The notes under the pieces: model-generated
Seen by the model: only the letters and a program-made list of their open reading frames with translations
Database searches by the model: none
What the model was told of the DNA's origin: nothing
Source: Geodia barretti
Lineage: Eukaryota
Direction: 5' to 3'
NCBI GenBank assembly: GCA_030341885.1
Contig: CASHTH010004028.1
Location: forward strand, 1-18,732
Length of the DNA stretch: 18,732 nt
Shown: piece by piece, positions 1 through 7,583 of the stretch
How the letters are laid out: every line of letters starts with the position of its first letter
How positions within the stretch are numbered: the first letter of the stretch is position 1
Made by a program: the position numbers and the translations under genes

Positions 1-58
1 CAATGATCAAGGTAGTGGCACCGCAGATGGTCCAGAGAGTGGTCGACAGAGCCATGCA
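1..58 (+). CDS. Acyl-CoA dehydrogenase family (ACAD10/11-like), penultimate coding exon, partial at window edge (...MIKVVAPQMVQRVVDRAMQ)
   Basis: Open frame runs to a GTATGT donor at 59. The peptide resembles the conserved ACAD helix that precedes the C-terminal GG.G motif. Confidence 0.55.
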
Positions 59-391
59 GGTATGTACTATAGGCAGTTTCTGTATATTATACAGTTGGTG
101 ACTTAAGCGAGCCCATAGTCATCTGAAATCTGCATGAATACGGCACTCTCTGTGCTTTGAATTTTGCCCTCTCTGTATTTGCCAATGGAAGAGAACCCAC
201 ACCTCTAGTTGCACCATCTTTTTTATCAGAAGCTGCGGTGCTTTCCATACGTAAATTGCTCACACATACGTAAATTGCTCGGCAATAATGTATTGCATTT
301 GTTATATATAGTAGCAGTTCTCCGTGTTAGGTTCTAAAGGTGGGCTATATAACTACATATCCCTCCCTCCTTCCCTCTTCCCCTTATATAG

Positions 392-535
392 GCTCATGGA
401 GCAATGGGCCTGTCCGGAGACAGACCCCTTGCCCAGTTCTTCTCCTTGGCCCGCATCCTGAGGCTGGCCGACGGACCAGACGAGGTGCACGCGGCGGCAC
501 TGGGAAAGATGGAGATAAAGAAGAACCAGAGATAG
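392..535 (+). CDS. ACAD10/11-like terminal exon: [47 protein letters not shown]
   Basis: A polypyrimidine tract and AG acceptor at 390-391 precede a phase-0 ORF ending in TAG at 533-535. The C-terminal ACAD motif (G.G...[17 protein letters not shown]) is recognisable. The 340..585 ORF on the track is the wrong frame. Confidence 0.65.
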   Translation, partial: AHGAMGLSGDRPLAQFFSLARILRLADGPDEVHAAALGKMEIKKNQR

Positions 536-623
536 AGTGGACAACAATAGCGCGCATGTGTATATACTTTAGCGCATGTGTTTAAAAATTTGACCTTTGA
601 ACCACACCACGTGTGCGAAGAGA
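536..623 (+). promoter_or_regulatory. 88-bp gap between ACAD stop and NLE1 start; holds a duplicated TAGCGC(GC)ATGTGT motif; ACAD 3' end and NLE1 promoter/5'UTR must overlap here
   Basis: Two copies (tagcgcgcatgtgtat / tagcgcatgtgttt) at about 551-585 followed by TTTAAAAATTT. No canonical AATAAA is present. Confidence 0.35.
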
Positions 624-764
624 ATGGAAGCGGGCGAGGATGAGAAGCGAGTTTTGGCTCAGTTCAAGAGCGAGGACGGCGTGTTGGTGGGCACGCCGTT
701 CGACCTCCCTCTGGGTGTCACCAAAGACTCCCTGGCGGCTCTGTGCACCGCCGTCCTAGAAAAC
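624..764 (+). CDS. NLE1: Notchless (NLE1) exon 1: MEAGEDEKRVLAQFKSEDGVLVGTPFDLPLGVTKDSLAALCTAVLEN (Nle domain)
   Basis: ATG follows an in-frame TGA at 591. Strong similarity to the NLE N-terminal domain of Notchless. GTGAGT donor at 765. Confidence 0.85.
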
Positions 765-969
765 GTGAGTCGTACAAACTCACTAGCTCGCTCTTGTTTG
801 CTCGTTGGCGAAGAGGCGCTAGCTGTTGACTGATGGTAACATTAACGGTACTACCGTGTTGTGTGATACATCATGCAGCAGTCGATGTCATGGTGATGTC
901 GTCACATCACGTGACCCCCACCATACACCCATACATTGAGGCTGCACGAGCGTGTATTGATGCCTTTAG

Positions 970-1141
970 GATGATGAGACGGTGTATGAGTTCTACGTGC
1001 ACGAGCTGGAGGTGCGGGAGAGTCTGGCTGAGGTGTTGGAGAGGGGCAGTGGAGGGACGGAGAGGTTGGTGGAGATTGTCTACCAGCCTCAGGCCAGGTT
1101 CAGAGTCCAGTCCATCACCCACTGTACCAGCAGCATACCAG
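970..1141 (+). CDS. NLE1: NLE1 exon 2: DDETVYEFYVHELEVRESLAEVLERGSGGTERLVEIVYQPQARFRVQSITHCTSSIP(G)
   Basis: TTTAG acceptor and GTAGGC donor. Phase is consistent with exon 1. Matches the conserved IIYQPQA.FRV..V..C motif. Confidence 0.85.
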
Positions 1142-1282
1142 GTAGGCATAGCTAGTATCATACCTATGAAGTGGGGTCTCATGTGGTCTCTAGTGTAAAG
1201 GTATAAATGAAGTGAACTGGAGGTATATAGTCAGTGGGTTGAATTTTTTCAATGAGTTGTACTGACTTTTGTGTGTTCTTAG

Positions 1283-1328
1283 GTCATTCGGAGGCTGTGA
1301 TTGCTGTTCAGTTTAGTCCTGATGGACG
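1283..1328 (+). CDS. NLE1: NLE1 exon 3: (G)HSEAVIAVQFSPDG(R)
   Basis: TCTTAG acceptor, GTAAGT donor, phase consistent with exon 2. Start of WD repeat 1. Confidence 0.8.
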
Positions 1329-1536
1329 GTAAGTGAGGTTATAGTGACATCATCAATCTCCACAAATATAATTCTCCTGTGTATGGTATGGGGGATGGAG
1401 AGCTGAATGGGGAGGGAGAGACTAGGAGGAATGGGAGGAATAAAAAGACAAAAAGAGGGAGGGAGTGGTGTATATAAAGGGGGCAGAGAAAGAAGGAACG
1501 GAAGAGAAATAGAGAGAGAGATGTTTGTGTCCCCAG

Positions 1537-1697
1537 GTCTCTTGCCAGTGGGCTCTGGAGACCACAACGGCTGAGACTGTGGGACATATTCACCGAGACC
1601 CCCACTGCACACCTGCAAGGCCCACAAACACTGGATACTGTGCATTGCGTGGTCGCCGGACGGGAAGAGACTGGACTCTGGCTGCAAGAATGGACAG
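1537..1697 (+). CDS. NLE1: NLE1 exon 4 (WD repeat): conserved ...PLHTCKAHKHWILCIAWSPDGKRLDSGCKNGQ is readable only in a frame different from the entry frame; internal frameshift(s)
   Basis: Entry frame from exon 3 gives SLASGLWRPQRLRLWDIFTETP. The conserved SGSGDTTVRLWD and HTCKAHKHW blocks need about three 1-nt C deletions plus a 1-nt change in the CCCCCA run at about 1600-1605. Confidence 0.6.
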
Positions 1698-1974
1698 GTC
1701 GGTTTCCCATCTTCAGTAGATGTGGTGAGGTTGTATATATATTGATCGTATAACTAGTAGAATTTTCGCCAAATATCAGCCGCATGCCCTTTGCCAATAG
1801 CCCACCAGCCTTACTAGGTTTCCATAACGTTTTTCGCAGCACTTGTTTTAAAAAATTTTTTTACATGTGTGTGTACGGTAATCCTAATATTAAATTTTTT
1901 GTGGGTGGCGATTATATGGACAATCTCCAAATTTAGTCTCTGTGAAAATGTTTTTTGTGTGTGTGTGTCTTCAG

Positions 1975-2073
1975 GGTGTGTGTGTGGGAGGCAGAGACAG
2001 GGAGACAGGTGGGACACACCTCTCTCGGTCACAAACAGTGGATCACCTCTCTCGCCTGGCAGCCCCTTCATTT
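1975..2073 (+). CDS. NLE1: NLE1 exon 5: VCVWEAETGRQVGHTSLGHKQWITSLAWQPLH(L)
   Basis: CTTCAG acceptor inside a (TG)n tract; GTGAGT donor. Conserved KWIT.L.W.PLH motif. Phase against both neighbours is off by one. Confidence 0.6.
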
Positions 2074-2089
2074 GTGAGTCTATTATATA

Positions 2090-2575
2090 CCTTCACTGGG
2101 TAGTAGAGCATTGCATGGGAGAGTGTTGGAGTATGCCTGCTTTACATTAGTGCTGACAGGGCACGGACAGACTAGTAGAGCATTGGAGTGTTGGAGTATG
2201 CCTGCTTTACATTAGTGCTGACAGGGCACGGACAGACTAGGTATGAGTCATTGAGTGTTGGAGGTATGCCTGCTTGTAATCTATTAGTGCTGACAGGGCA
2301 CGGACAGACTAGTAGAGCATTGAGTGTTGGAGTATGCCTGCTTTACATTAGTGCTGACAGGCACAGACATAGACTAGTAGCAGCATTGCATGTGGGAGGG
2401 TGTTGGATACCATTAGTGCTGACAGGGCATGGACAGGACTAGTAGAGCATTGCCATTGGGAGGGTGTTGGATACATTAGTGCTGACAGGGCACGGACAGA
2501 CTAGTAGAGCGATTGCATTGGGAGGGTGTTGGATACATTAGTGCTGACAGGGCACAGACAGCTATGCATTGAGAT
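2090..2575. repeat. Intronic minisatellite, about 7.5 copies of a 63-65 bp unit (GCTGACAGGGCACGGACAGACTAGTAGAGCATTG.AGTGTTGGAGTATGCCTGCTTTACATTAGT)
   Basis: Direct tandem copies with point and indel variants, in NLE1 intron 5. Confidence 0.9.
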
Positions 2576-2736
2576 GTACCAAAAACAGACCAACCACAAC
2601 TTGAGTTCTAATGGAGACCGAAGACGGTACATATATAGCATGTTGCAATGTGAATAGCGTTGTGCCTGCAAGTTCACACATAGCAGATATATTTGGCTTG
2701 TACTATAATATGGCTCATGTTGCTCAATCTTTCCAG

Positions 2737-2773
2737 GGACCATCTTGTAGACTGCTGGCCAGTGCGCTCAAAG
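2737..2773 (+). CDS. NLE1: NLE1 exon 6: GPSCRLLASA(S)K; conserved SKDG continuity needs a 1-nt deletion near 2768
   Basis: TTTCCAG acceptor, AAG|GTACGT donor. Matches human .PECRYVASSSKDG. Confidence 0.55.
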
Positions 2774-2842
2774 GTACGTATACTTGCTGTGAGCAATTTT
2801 TAGATCACATGACGCATCATGTGATTGTTGTTGCCATGACAG

Positions 2843-2998
2843 GATGCGACAGTGAGGATATGGGACGTGGTGCTGTGTAAGGCGGTGATGGTCCTCTCTG
2901 GCCACACCCAGTCTGTGACGGGCATTAAATGGGGTGGGGAGGGACTCGTCTACACGGCTTCACAAGATAGGACCATCAAAGTGTGGAGGACAAAAGAT
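2843..2998 (+). CDS. NLE1: NLE1 exon 7: DATVRIWDVVLCKAVMVLSGHTQSVTGIKWGGEGLVYTASQDRTIKVWRTKD
   Basis: 52 clean codons from acceptor AG (2841-2842) to donor GTGAGT (2999). Near-identical to the human WD3/4 region. Confidence 0.85.
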
Positions 2999-3267
2999 GT
3001 GAGTTTGTGTGTTTATACGTACCACTAGTTAGTTTAAGAAAGTACTAAAGTCTGTATAATTATAATTATATTATGTTGCCTGACTCTCTTCTCATTTCCA
3101 TGTAGCGGGTTATTCGTCCTGTTTAATTAATGTCTATTCTACGTATAGATAAACAGAAGACAGATATTAGTGGCTCGATATTCACATGCACCTGGACACA
3201 CGGCATAAAATCGGGAAAAACTAAATCTCCTCTTTCTCCTTACTCTGCCTCACTCTTCCCACGCCAG

Positions 3268-3407
3268 GGATGTCTCTGTCGCAGTCTCCAAGGTCACGGT
3301 CACTGGGTCAACACCATGGCTCTCAGCACCGACTACTCTCTCAGAACAGCTGCATTTGACCCCGGCGACCCCGACCCTCCAACACACGGGAGTCCAGAAA
3401 ATGGGCC
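3268..3407 (+). CDS. NLE1: NLE1 exon 8: GCLCRSLQGHGHWVNTMALSTDYSLRTAAFDPGDPDPPTHGSPENG(P)
   Basis: CGCCAG acceptor, GTAAGT donor at 3408. Conserved QGHGHWVNTMALSTDY block. Ends in phase 2, which does not fit exon 9. Confidence 0.7.
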
Positions 3408-3506
3408 GTAAGTATTCTGCAGCTATGAGTTCTCATGGGTTAACTGTGGTTTGCTAAGTGGGGGGGTGTTTTTAATTTTTAATGAGGTTTTTTTCTTTCA
3501 TTTCAG

Positions 3507-3547
3507 AGCTCCAGAGAAGGGCCCTTGTTAGATACGAGGCAGCTAAG
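3507..3547 (+). CDS. NLE1: NLE1 exon 9: (Q)LQRRALVRYEAAK
   Basis: TTTCAG acceptor, GTAATG donor. Matches human LQELKERALSRYNLV. Its frame needs a single base from exon 8. Confidence 0.55.
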
Positions 3548-3756
3548 GTAATGTGTTCATCCATAGAATAACACCACACTGCCGGACTATACACATTTGA
3601 GGGTTGAATATACACACAATCTCTGTCACTGTCACATCTCTAGCTATGTCCATTTTGCCCCTCTCCCTCGCCCACTTCCCCATGTGGTGCATGTGGTTTT
3701 TCTCACTGAGTTTGTTTGTTAGATGTGAGGTAGAAAACTAGGTGTTGGAGGTGTGT

Positions 3757-3778
3757 GTGTGTGTGTGTGCATGCAGGA
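3757..3778. repeat. (GT)11 microsatellite directly next to the NLE1 exon-10 acceptor
   Basis: gtgtgtgtgtgtgtgtgtgtgc followed by atgcag|GAAGG. Confidence 0.9.
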
Positions 3779-3885
3779 AGGCAGTGGAGGGAGAGAGGTG
3801 TTGGTTGTCTGGTTCAGATGATTTCACTCTCTTTCTCTGGAACCCATCCAGAACCACGCACAGCAGAACACATTGCCAGAGGACC
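3777..3885 (+). CDS. NLE1: NLE1 exon 10: (K)AVEGERCWLSGSDDFTLFLWNPS...; the 3' part changes frame (conserved ..IAR.TG is in a +1 frame); exon end uncertain
   Basis: Acceptor CATGCAG comes straight after (GT)11. The SGSDDFTLFLWNP block is clear. Neither candidate donor (ACC|GTGATG at 3886, GAT|GTACTA at 3909) gives the G phase that exon 11 needs. Confidence 0.5.
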
Positions 3886-3959
3886 GTGATGAGAGATGTA
3901 CTACAGTCTATATCGAGCCAGACGCATGGTCCTGCCCACACTCCACCTTTCAATGTCCC

Positions 3960-4500
3960 CAAGGTGTCCCTTACTCAGAGTTTAACCACCGAATATAAGG
4001 GTCACCTCTGAATAAAGGAAACATTTGGTGTCCCTTATTCAGAGTTTAACCACCAAATATAAGGGTCACCTCTGAATAAAGGAAACATTTGGTGTCCCTT
4101 ATTCAGAGTTTAACCACCAAATATAAGGGTCACCTCTGAATACAGGAAACATTGAGTGTCCCTTATTCAGCAGTTTAACACCATGTAATAGGTCCCTCTG
4201 ATGAAGGAACATGTGGTGTCCCTTATTGCAGAGTTTTAAGCCACGCGAAATATAAGGGTACACCTCTGATAAAGGCACAGTATGGTGTCCCTTATTCCAG
4301 AGTTTACCAAAAGAAAGACCGAATATACGGGTCCCTCTGATAAAGGAAGCTTTGGTGTCCCTTATTCCGATACTCACCAAGATAAGGGTCACCTCTGAAT
4401 AAAGGAAACATTTGGTGTCCCTAGGTGTCCCTTACTCAAATATAAGGGTCACCTCTGAATAAAGGAAACATTTGTTGTCCCTAGGTGTCCCTTACTCAAA
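3960..4500. repeat. Intronic minisatellite, about 8-9 degenerate copies of a roughly 64-bp unit with internal palindromes (GGTGTCCCTTATTCAGAG-TTTAACCACCAAAT-ATAAGGGTCACCTCTGAATAAAGG-AAACATTT)
   Basis: Tandem copies decaying toward 4500. Each unit holds GGTGTCCCTTAT / ATAAGGGTCACC and TTATTCAGAG / CTCTGAATAA inverted pairs. In NLE1 intron 10. Confidence 0.85.
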
Positions 4501-4548
4501 GGATTCACTGACACCCAATTCTCCTACCAAAACGTGTATTATGCACAG

Positions 4549-4654
4549 GTCACCAGCAGCTAATCAACCAAGTGCTGTTCTCACCGAATGCCAGACTCAT
4601 AGCCAGTGCCTCCTTCGACAAGTCCATCAAACTATGGGACGGGAGAACCGGCAA
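4549..4654 (+). CDS. NLE1: NLE1 exon 11: (G)HQQLINQVLFSPNARLIASASFDKSIKLWDGRTG(K)
   Basis: CACAG acceptor, GTGAGA donor. 34 clean codons, near-identical to human HQALINQVLFSPDSRIVASASFDKSIKLWDGRTGK. Confidence 0.85.
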
Positions 4655-4930
4655 GTGAGATAAACCGAGCATTACTATAAGGAATGCAAAGCATTTTCGG
4701 CGAGTGAAAGTGAGAGTGTGAAATTTCCACTATTCGTGACAGTGAAATGGATATCCAGCATTCAGATGACTATGTGTACACCCGTTTCACTTGTGAAAGC
4801 AGAAAACGGCATCGTCCATTGTCAGCGGGCTTTACCAAGGGGTGGCCGGGTTTGTTACAACTGACCGTACCTACTTGTTAACCTTTAAACTGCAACTCTG
4901 AAACTAAAGCCCATAATTGTACATGATGCA

Positions 4931-5168
4931 ACTTTTTTTGTAAGACGAAGTTCATTGTGAGTGGATTGAAGCCTAGCCTATATTACCACATGGGTTCGAT
5001 TAGCATGTCTCAACAACTTGGTAACGAGGTAGAAAGGCAAGTCAAGGCAAACAAGTCAACTACACCCAGGACAGCTCAAAGAAAAGAAGAAGAGCTGCCC
5101 TGGGTGGGATTGGAACCCACCACACTCTGCAGTCTAGGCGAGCACTCTACCAACTGAGCTACCAGGGC
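4931..5168 (-). mobile_element. Candidate tRNA-derived SINE: 73-nt tRNA-like head (5096-5168), about 160-nt body, A-rich tail (T7 on + strand at 4933-4939)
   Basis: Minus-strand GCCCTGGTAGCTCAGTTGGTAGAGTG...GTGGGTTCCAATCCCACCCAGGGCA. Acceptor, D and T arms are perfect. The anticodon stem is disrupted. In NLE1 intron 11. Confidence 0.35.
5096..5168 (-). pseudogene. tRNA-like sequence with degenerate anticodon arm (tRNA pseudogene or SINE head), nominal anticodon AGA
   Basis: 7-bp acceptor stem GCCCTGG/CCAGGGC. D arm GCTC-AGTTGGTA-GAGT. T arm GTGGG-TTCCAAT-CCCAC. Anticodon stem CTCGC/GCAGA pairs only 3 of 5. Position 37 is a pyrimidine. Confidence 0.5.
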
Positions 5169-5211
5169 AACTCAGCTCATGTCTCTCTAATGGTGTACGT
5201 ATTACTGTTAG

Positions 5212-5371
5212 ATACGTGGCCAGTCTGCGAGGCCACGTGAGTGCAGTCTATCAGATCTCGTGGTCAGCTGACAGCCGACTCGTCTGCAGCGGGAGCTCCG
5301 ACAGCACTCTCAAAGTCTGGGACATCAAGACCCGCTCCCTCCTCACCGACCTTCCCGGACATGCAGACGAG
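5212..5371 (+). CDS. NLE1: NLE1 exon 12: (K)YVASLRGHVSAVYQISWSADSRLVCSGSSDSTLKVWDIKTRSLLTDLPGHADE
   Basis: TGTTAG acceptor, GTATAT donor. Phase consistent with exon 11. Strong WD7 conservation. Confidence 0.85.
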
Positions 5372-5430
5372 GTATATAACCCTCTCACCTGATTGGTCGA
5401 TTAGCCAATGATGTCGTGATGATGTCGTAG

Positions 5431-5501
5431 GTATTTGCAGTGGATTGGAGTCCGGACGGGGAGAGAGTGGCAAGTGGTGGGAGAGACAGAGTACTGAAGT
5501 T
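5431..5501 (+). CDS. NLE1: NLE1 exon 13: VFAVDWSPDGERVASGGRDRVLKL
   Basis: GTCGTAG acceptor, GTAAGT donor, phase consistent. Confidence 0.85.
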
Positions 5502-5563
5502 GTAAGTCCACAACTGGCGACGTTGTGTGTATTGGTGATGATCTTACGAATCTTTCTCTACAG

Positions 5564-5576
5564 ATGGAGACGGTGA
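5564..5576 (+). CDS. NLE1: NLE1 terminal exon: (L)WRR*
   Basis: TCTACAG acceptor. Ends ...KLWRR* as human ends ...RIWRR*. TGA at 5574-5576. Confidence 0.8.
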
Positions 5577-5654
5577 AATGGTATTATTGTTGATAGGGAT
5601 CAAAGCGACTAAAGCACGACCAGAACATTTTATAAACACACCCTTAAGGTCCAT

Positions 5655-6695
5655 TTTTTGTGCAGTATACTCATGCCATCCATCATGGTACTGGTGGCTA
5701 CTGGTGGAAAGGTACATATTGTCAGTATACCCATGCCATCCATCATGGTACTGGTGGCTACTGGTGGAAAGGTACATATTGTCAGTATACTCATGCCATC
5801 CATCATGGTACTGGTGGCTACTGGTGGAAAGGTACATATTGTCAGTATACCCATGCCATCCATCATGGTACTGGTGGCTACTGGTGGAAAGGTACATATT
5901 GTCAGTATACTCATGCCATCCATCATGGTACTGGTGGCTACTGGTGGAAAGGTACATATTGTCAGTATACCCATGCCATCCATCATGGCTACTGGTGGCT
6001 ACTGGTGGAAAGGTACATATTGTCAGTATACCCATGCCATCCATCATGGCTACTGGTGGCTACTGGTGGAAAGGTACATATTGTCAGTATACCCATGCCA
6101 TCCATCATGGCTACTGGTGGCTACTGGTGGAAAGGTACATATTGTCAGTATACCCATGCCATCCATCATGGTACTGGTGGCTACTGGTGGAAAGGTACAT
6201 ATTGTCAGTATACTCATGCCATCCATCATGGTACTGGTGGCTACTGGTGGAAAGGTACATATTGTCAGTATACCCATGCCATCCATCATGGTACTGGTGG
6301 CTACTGGTGGAAAGGTACATATTGTCAGTATACTCATGCCATCCATCATGGTACTGGTGGCTACTGGTGGAAAGGTACATATTGTCAGTATACCCATGCC
6401 ATCCATCATGGTACTGGTGGCTACTGGTGGAAAGGTACATATTGTCAGTATACCCATGCCATCCATCATGGCTACTGGTGGCTACTGGTGGAAAGGTACA
6501 TATTGTCAGTATACTCATGCCATCCATCATGGTACTGGTGGCTACTGGTGGAAAGGTACATATTGTCAGTATACCCATGCCATCCATCATGGTACTGGTG
6601 GCTACTGGTGGAAAGGTACATATTGTCAGTATACTCATGCCATCCATCATGGTACTGGTGGCTACTGGTGGAAAGGTACATATTGTCAGTATGAT
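5655..6695. repeat. Minisatellite, about 17 copies of a 60-bp unit (TACYCATGCCATCCATCATGGTACTGGTGGCTACTGGTGGAAAGGTACATATTGTCAGTA) with an alternating T/C variant (120-bp higher-order repeat) and a few 61-bp variant units
   Basis: Near-perfect direct repeats. The track ORFs 5578..6813, 5658..6728, 5660..6694 and the minus-strand ORFs are artefacts of the repeat. Lies between the convergent 3' ends of NLE1 and NUDT9. Confidence 0.95.
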
Positions 6696-6992
6696 AACCA
6701 GCCCTTTGCATGTATATATACATCGTGAGGTTCAACGCCAATTTGATGCCCACTTGACCTCTCGCATTTCACGTGATGCTGCTTTCCATGCGAAGTTAAT
6801 TCCATGCTCGTAGTAGTTAAGTATCCCTTCCAAAAAATAAATTCAGATCACTTTTGCCAAATAAGAGAACAGGCCACACGGCACTATCCAGTGACAGCCG
6901 TTTATAAAAAAGGAAAAACTAGGTATATAGGCTTGCTTTGCATGCCACTAGGGTGTAGTTTACAAATAGGCCAAGTCTAGTGTCCCGCTGTG

Positions 6993-7138
6993 CTACCAGG
7001 CGGCTTTCCGGTGCTCCACAGCGAGGCGGACGAAGTGGGAGTGGCTGGCGTAGAGACTGAGACCAGAGTGGACCTCCGTCCACGCCACGGCAGCCGCGTC
7101 GTCCCCGGCAACCAGATTCAGCTTACTGAAACCCTCAC
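6993..7138 (-). CDS. NUDT9: NUDT9-like exon 7 (terminal): (G)EGFSKLNLVAGDDAAAVAWTEVHSGLSLYASHSHFVRLAVEHRKAAW*
   Basis: GATGTAG acceptor at 7139-7141 (- strand); stop TAG at 6993-6995. Matches human NUDT9 ...[48 protein letters not shown]. Confidence 0.8.
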
Positions 7139-7498
7139 CTACATCATCATCATATGTAGTGTGTGTTTCCACACCTCAATCCCCAATGTACATATATACA
7201 AAGGCCAGGGAGAGAGATTGTCTGTCATTGAACTCGGGCATTATCAGTGACTGGGTATTATGCATTGAGTTACAACTCAGAACAAAAATTGACCTTCGTT
7301 CCCTGTATGATTGCTAAGTAAAGTATATATAGCACTATCAGCATGTGAACATAATCAAACTGTAGCTTACATGCTTATCAGCAAAAACAGAGATATGGGG
7401 CATGTTTATTAATCTGTCCCCAAATATCAATCACGTCTTGTGTAAACAGCAGTGGGTGCAGTAATGACTGGTTTGTGTAGATATAATATATATCTGAC

Positions 7499-7583
7499 CT
7501 GAGTCGTCATGAAAGTTAAAGACAACTGTCTCCATCCAGGCATTGTCTGTGTTCCGAGGATCATCGACATACCCTGCATACAA
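7499..7583 (-). CDS. NUDT9: NUDT9-like exon 6: [28 protein letters not shown](G)
   Basis: TGCGTAG acceptor, CAG|GTCAGA donor. Matches human [27 protein letters not shown]. Confidence 0.8.

Noticed and set aside
340-585. Track ORF 340..585 (81 aa) as a standalone gene
   Set aside because: It is the wrong frame. The real coding feature is the phase-0 ACAD terminal exon at 392-535, which starts at an AG acceptor, not at an ATG.
2803-2825. Palindrome ATCACATGA-CGCA-TCATGTGAT (two E-box-like CACATG) 18 bp upstream of NLE1 exon 7
   Set aside because: It is short enough to occur by chance and I could not support a function. It also overlaps the branch-point and polypyrimidine region.
1537-3890. 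Programmed ribosomal frameshifting or RNA editing as the explanation for the NLE1 and MVP frame breaks
   Set aside because: The sites lack slippery-sequence or pseudoknot context. There are many per gene, and several fall at splice junctions. Insertional editing is only known in organellar systems. Pseudogenisation or assembly indels are far more parsimonious.
4957-5157. Track ORF 4957..5157 (66 aa)
   Set aside because: It overlaps the tRNA-like element inside an NLE1 intron and has no coding features.
5096-5168. A functional tRNA gene (anticodon AGA would imply tRNA-Ser)
   Set aside because: The anticodon stem is mispaired and position 37 is a pyrimidine. The class-I structure is incompatible with Ser, which needs a long variable arm. 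Called a pseudogene or SINE head instead.
2090-6695. Possible CRISPR-like arrays (regular direct repeats)
   Set aside because: This is a eukaryotic intron-rich locus. The repeats are contiguous tandem units with no unique spacers, and there are no cas genes.
5578-6813. Very long ORFs on both strands (411 aa, 356 aa, 344 aa, 179 aa and others) with repetitive peptide such as YWWLLVERYILSV / MMDGMGILTICTF
   Set aside because: They sit exactly on the 60-bp minisatellite. A 60-bp unit is a multiple of 3, so any stop-free frame is propagated. There are no splice signals, no homology and no codon-usage support.
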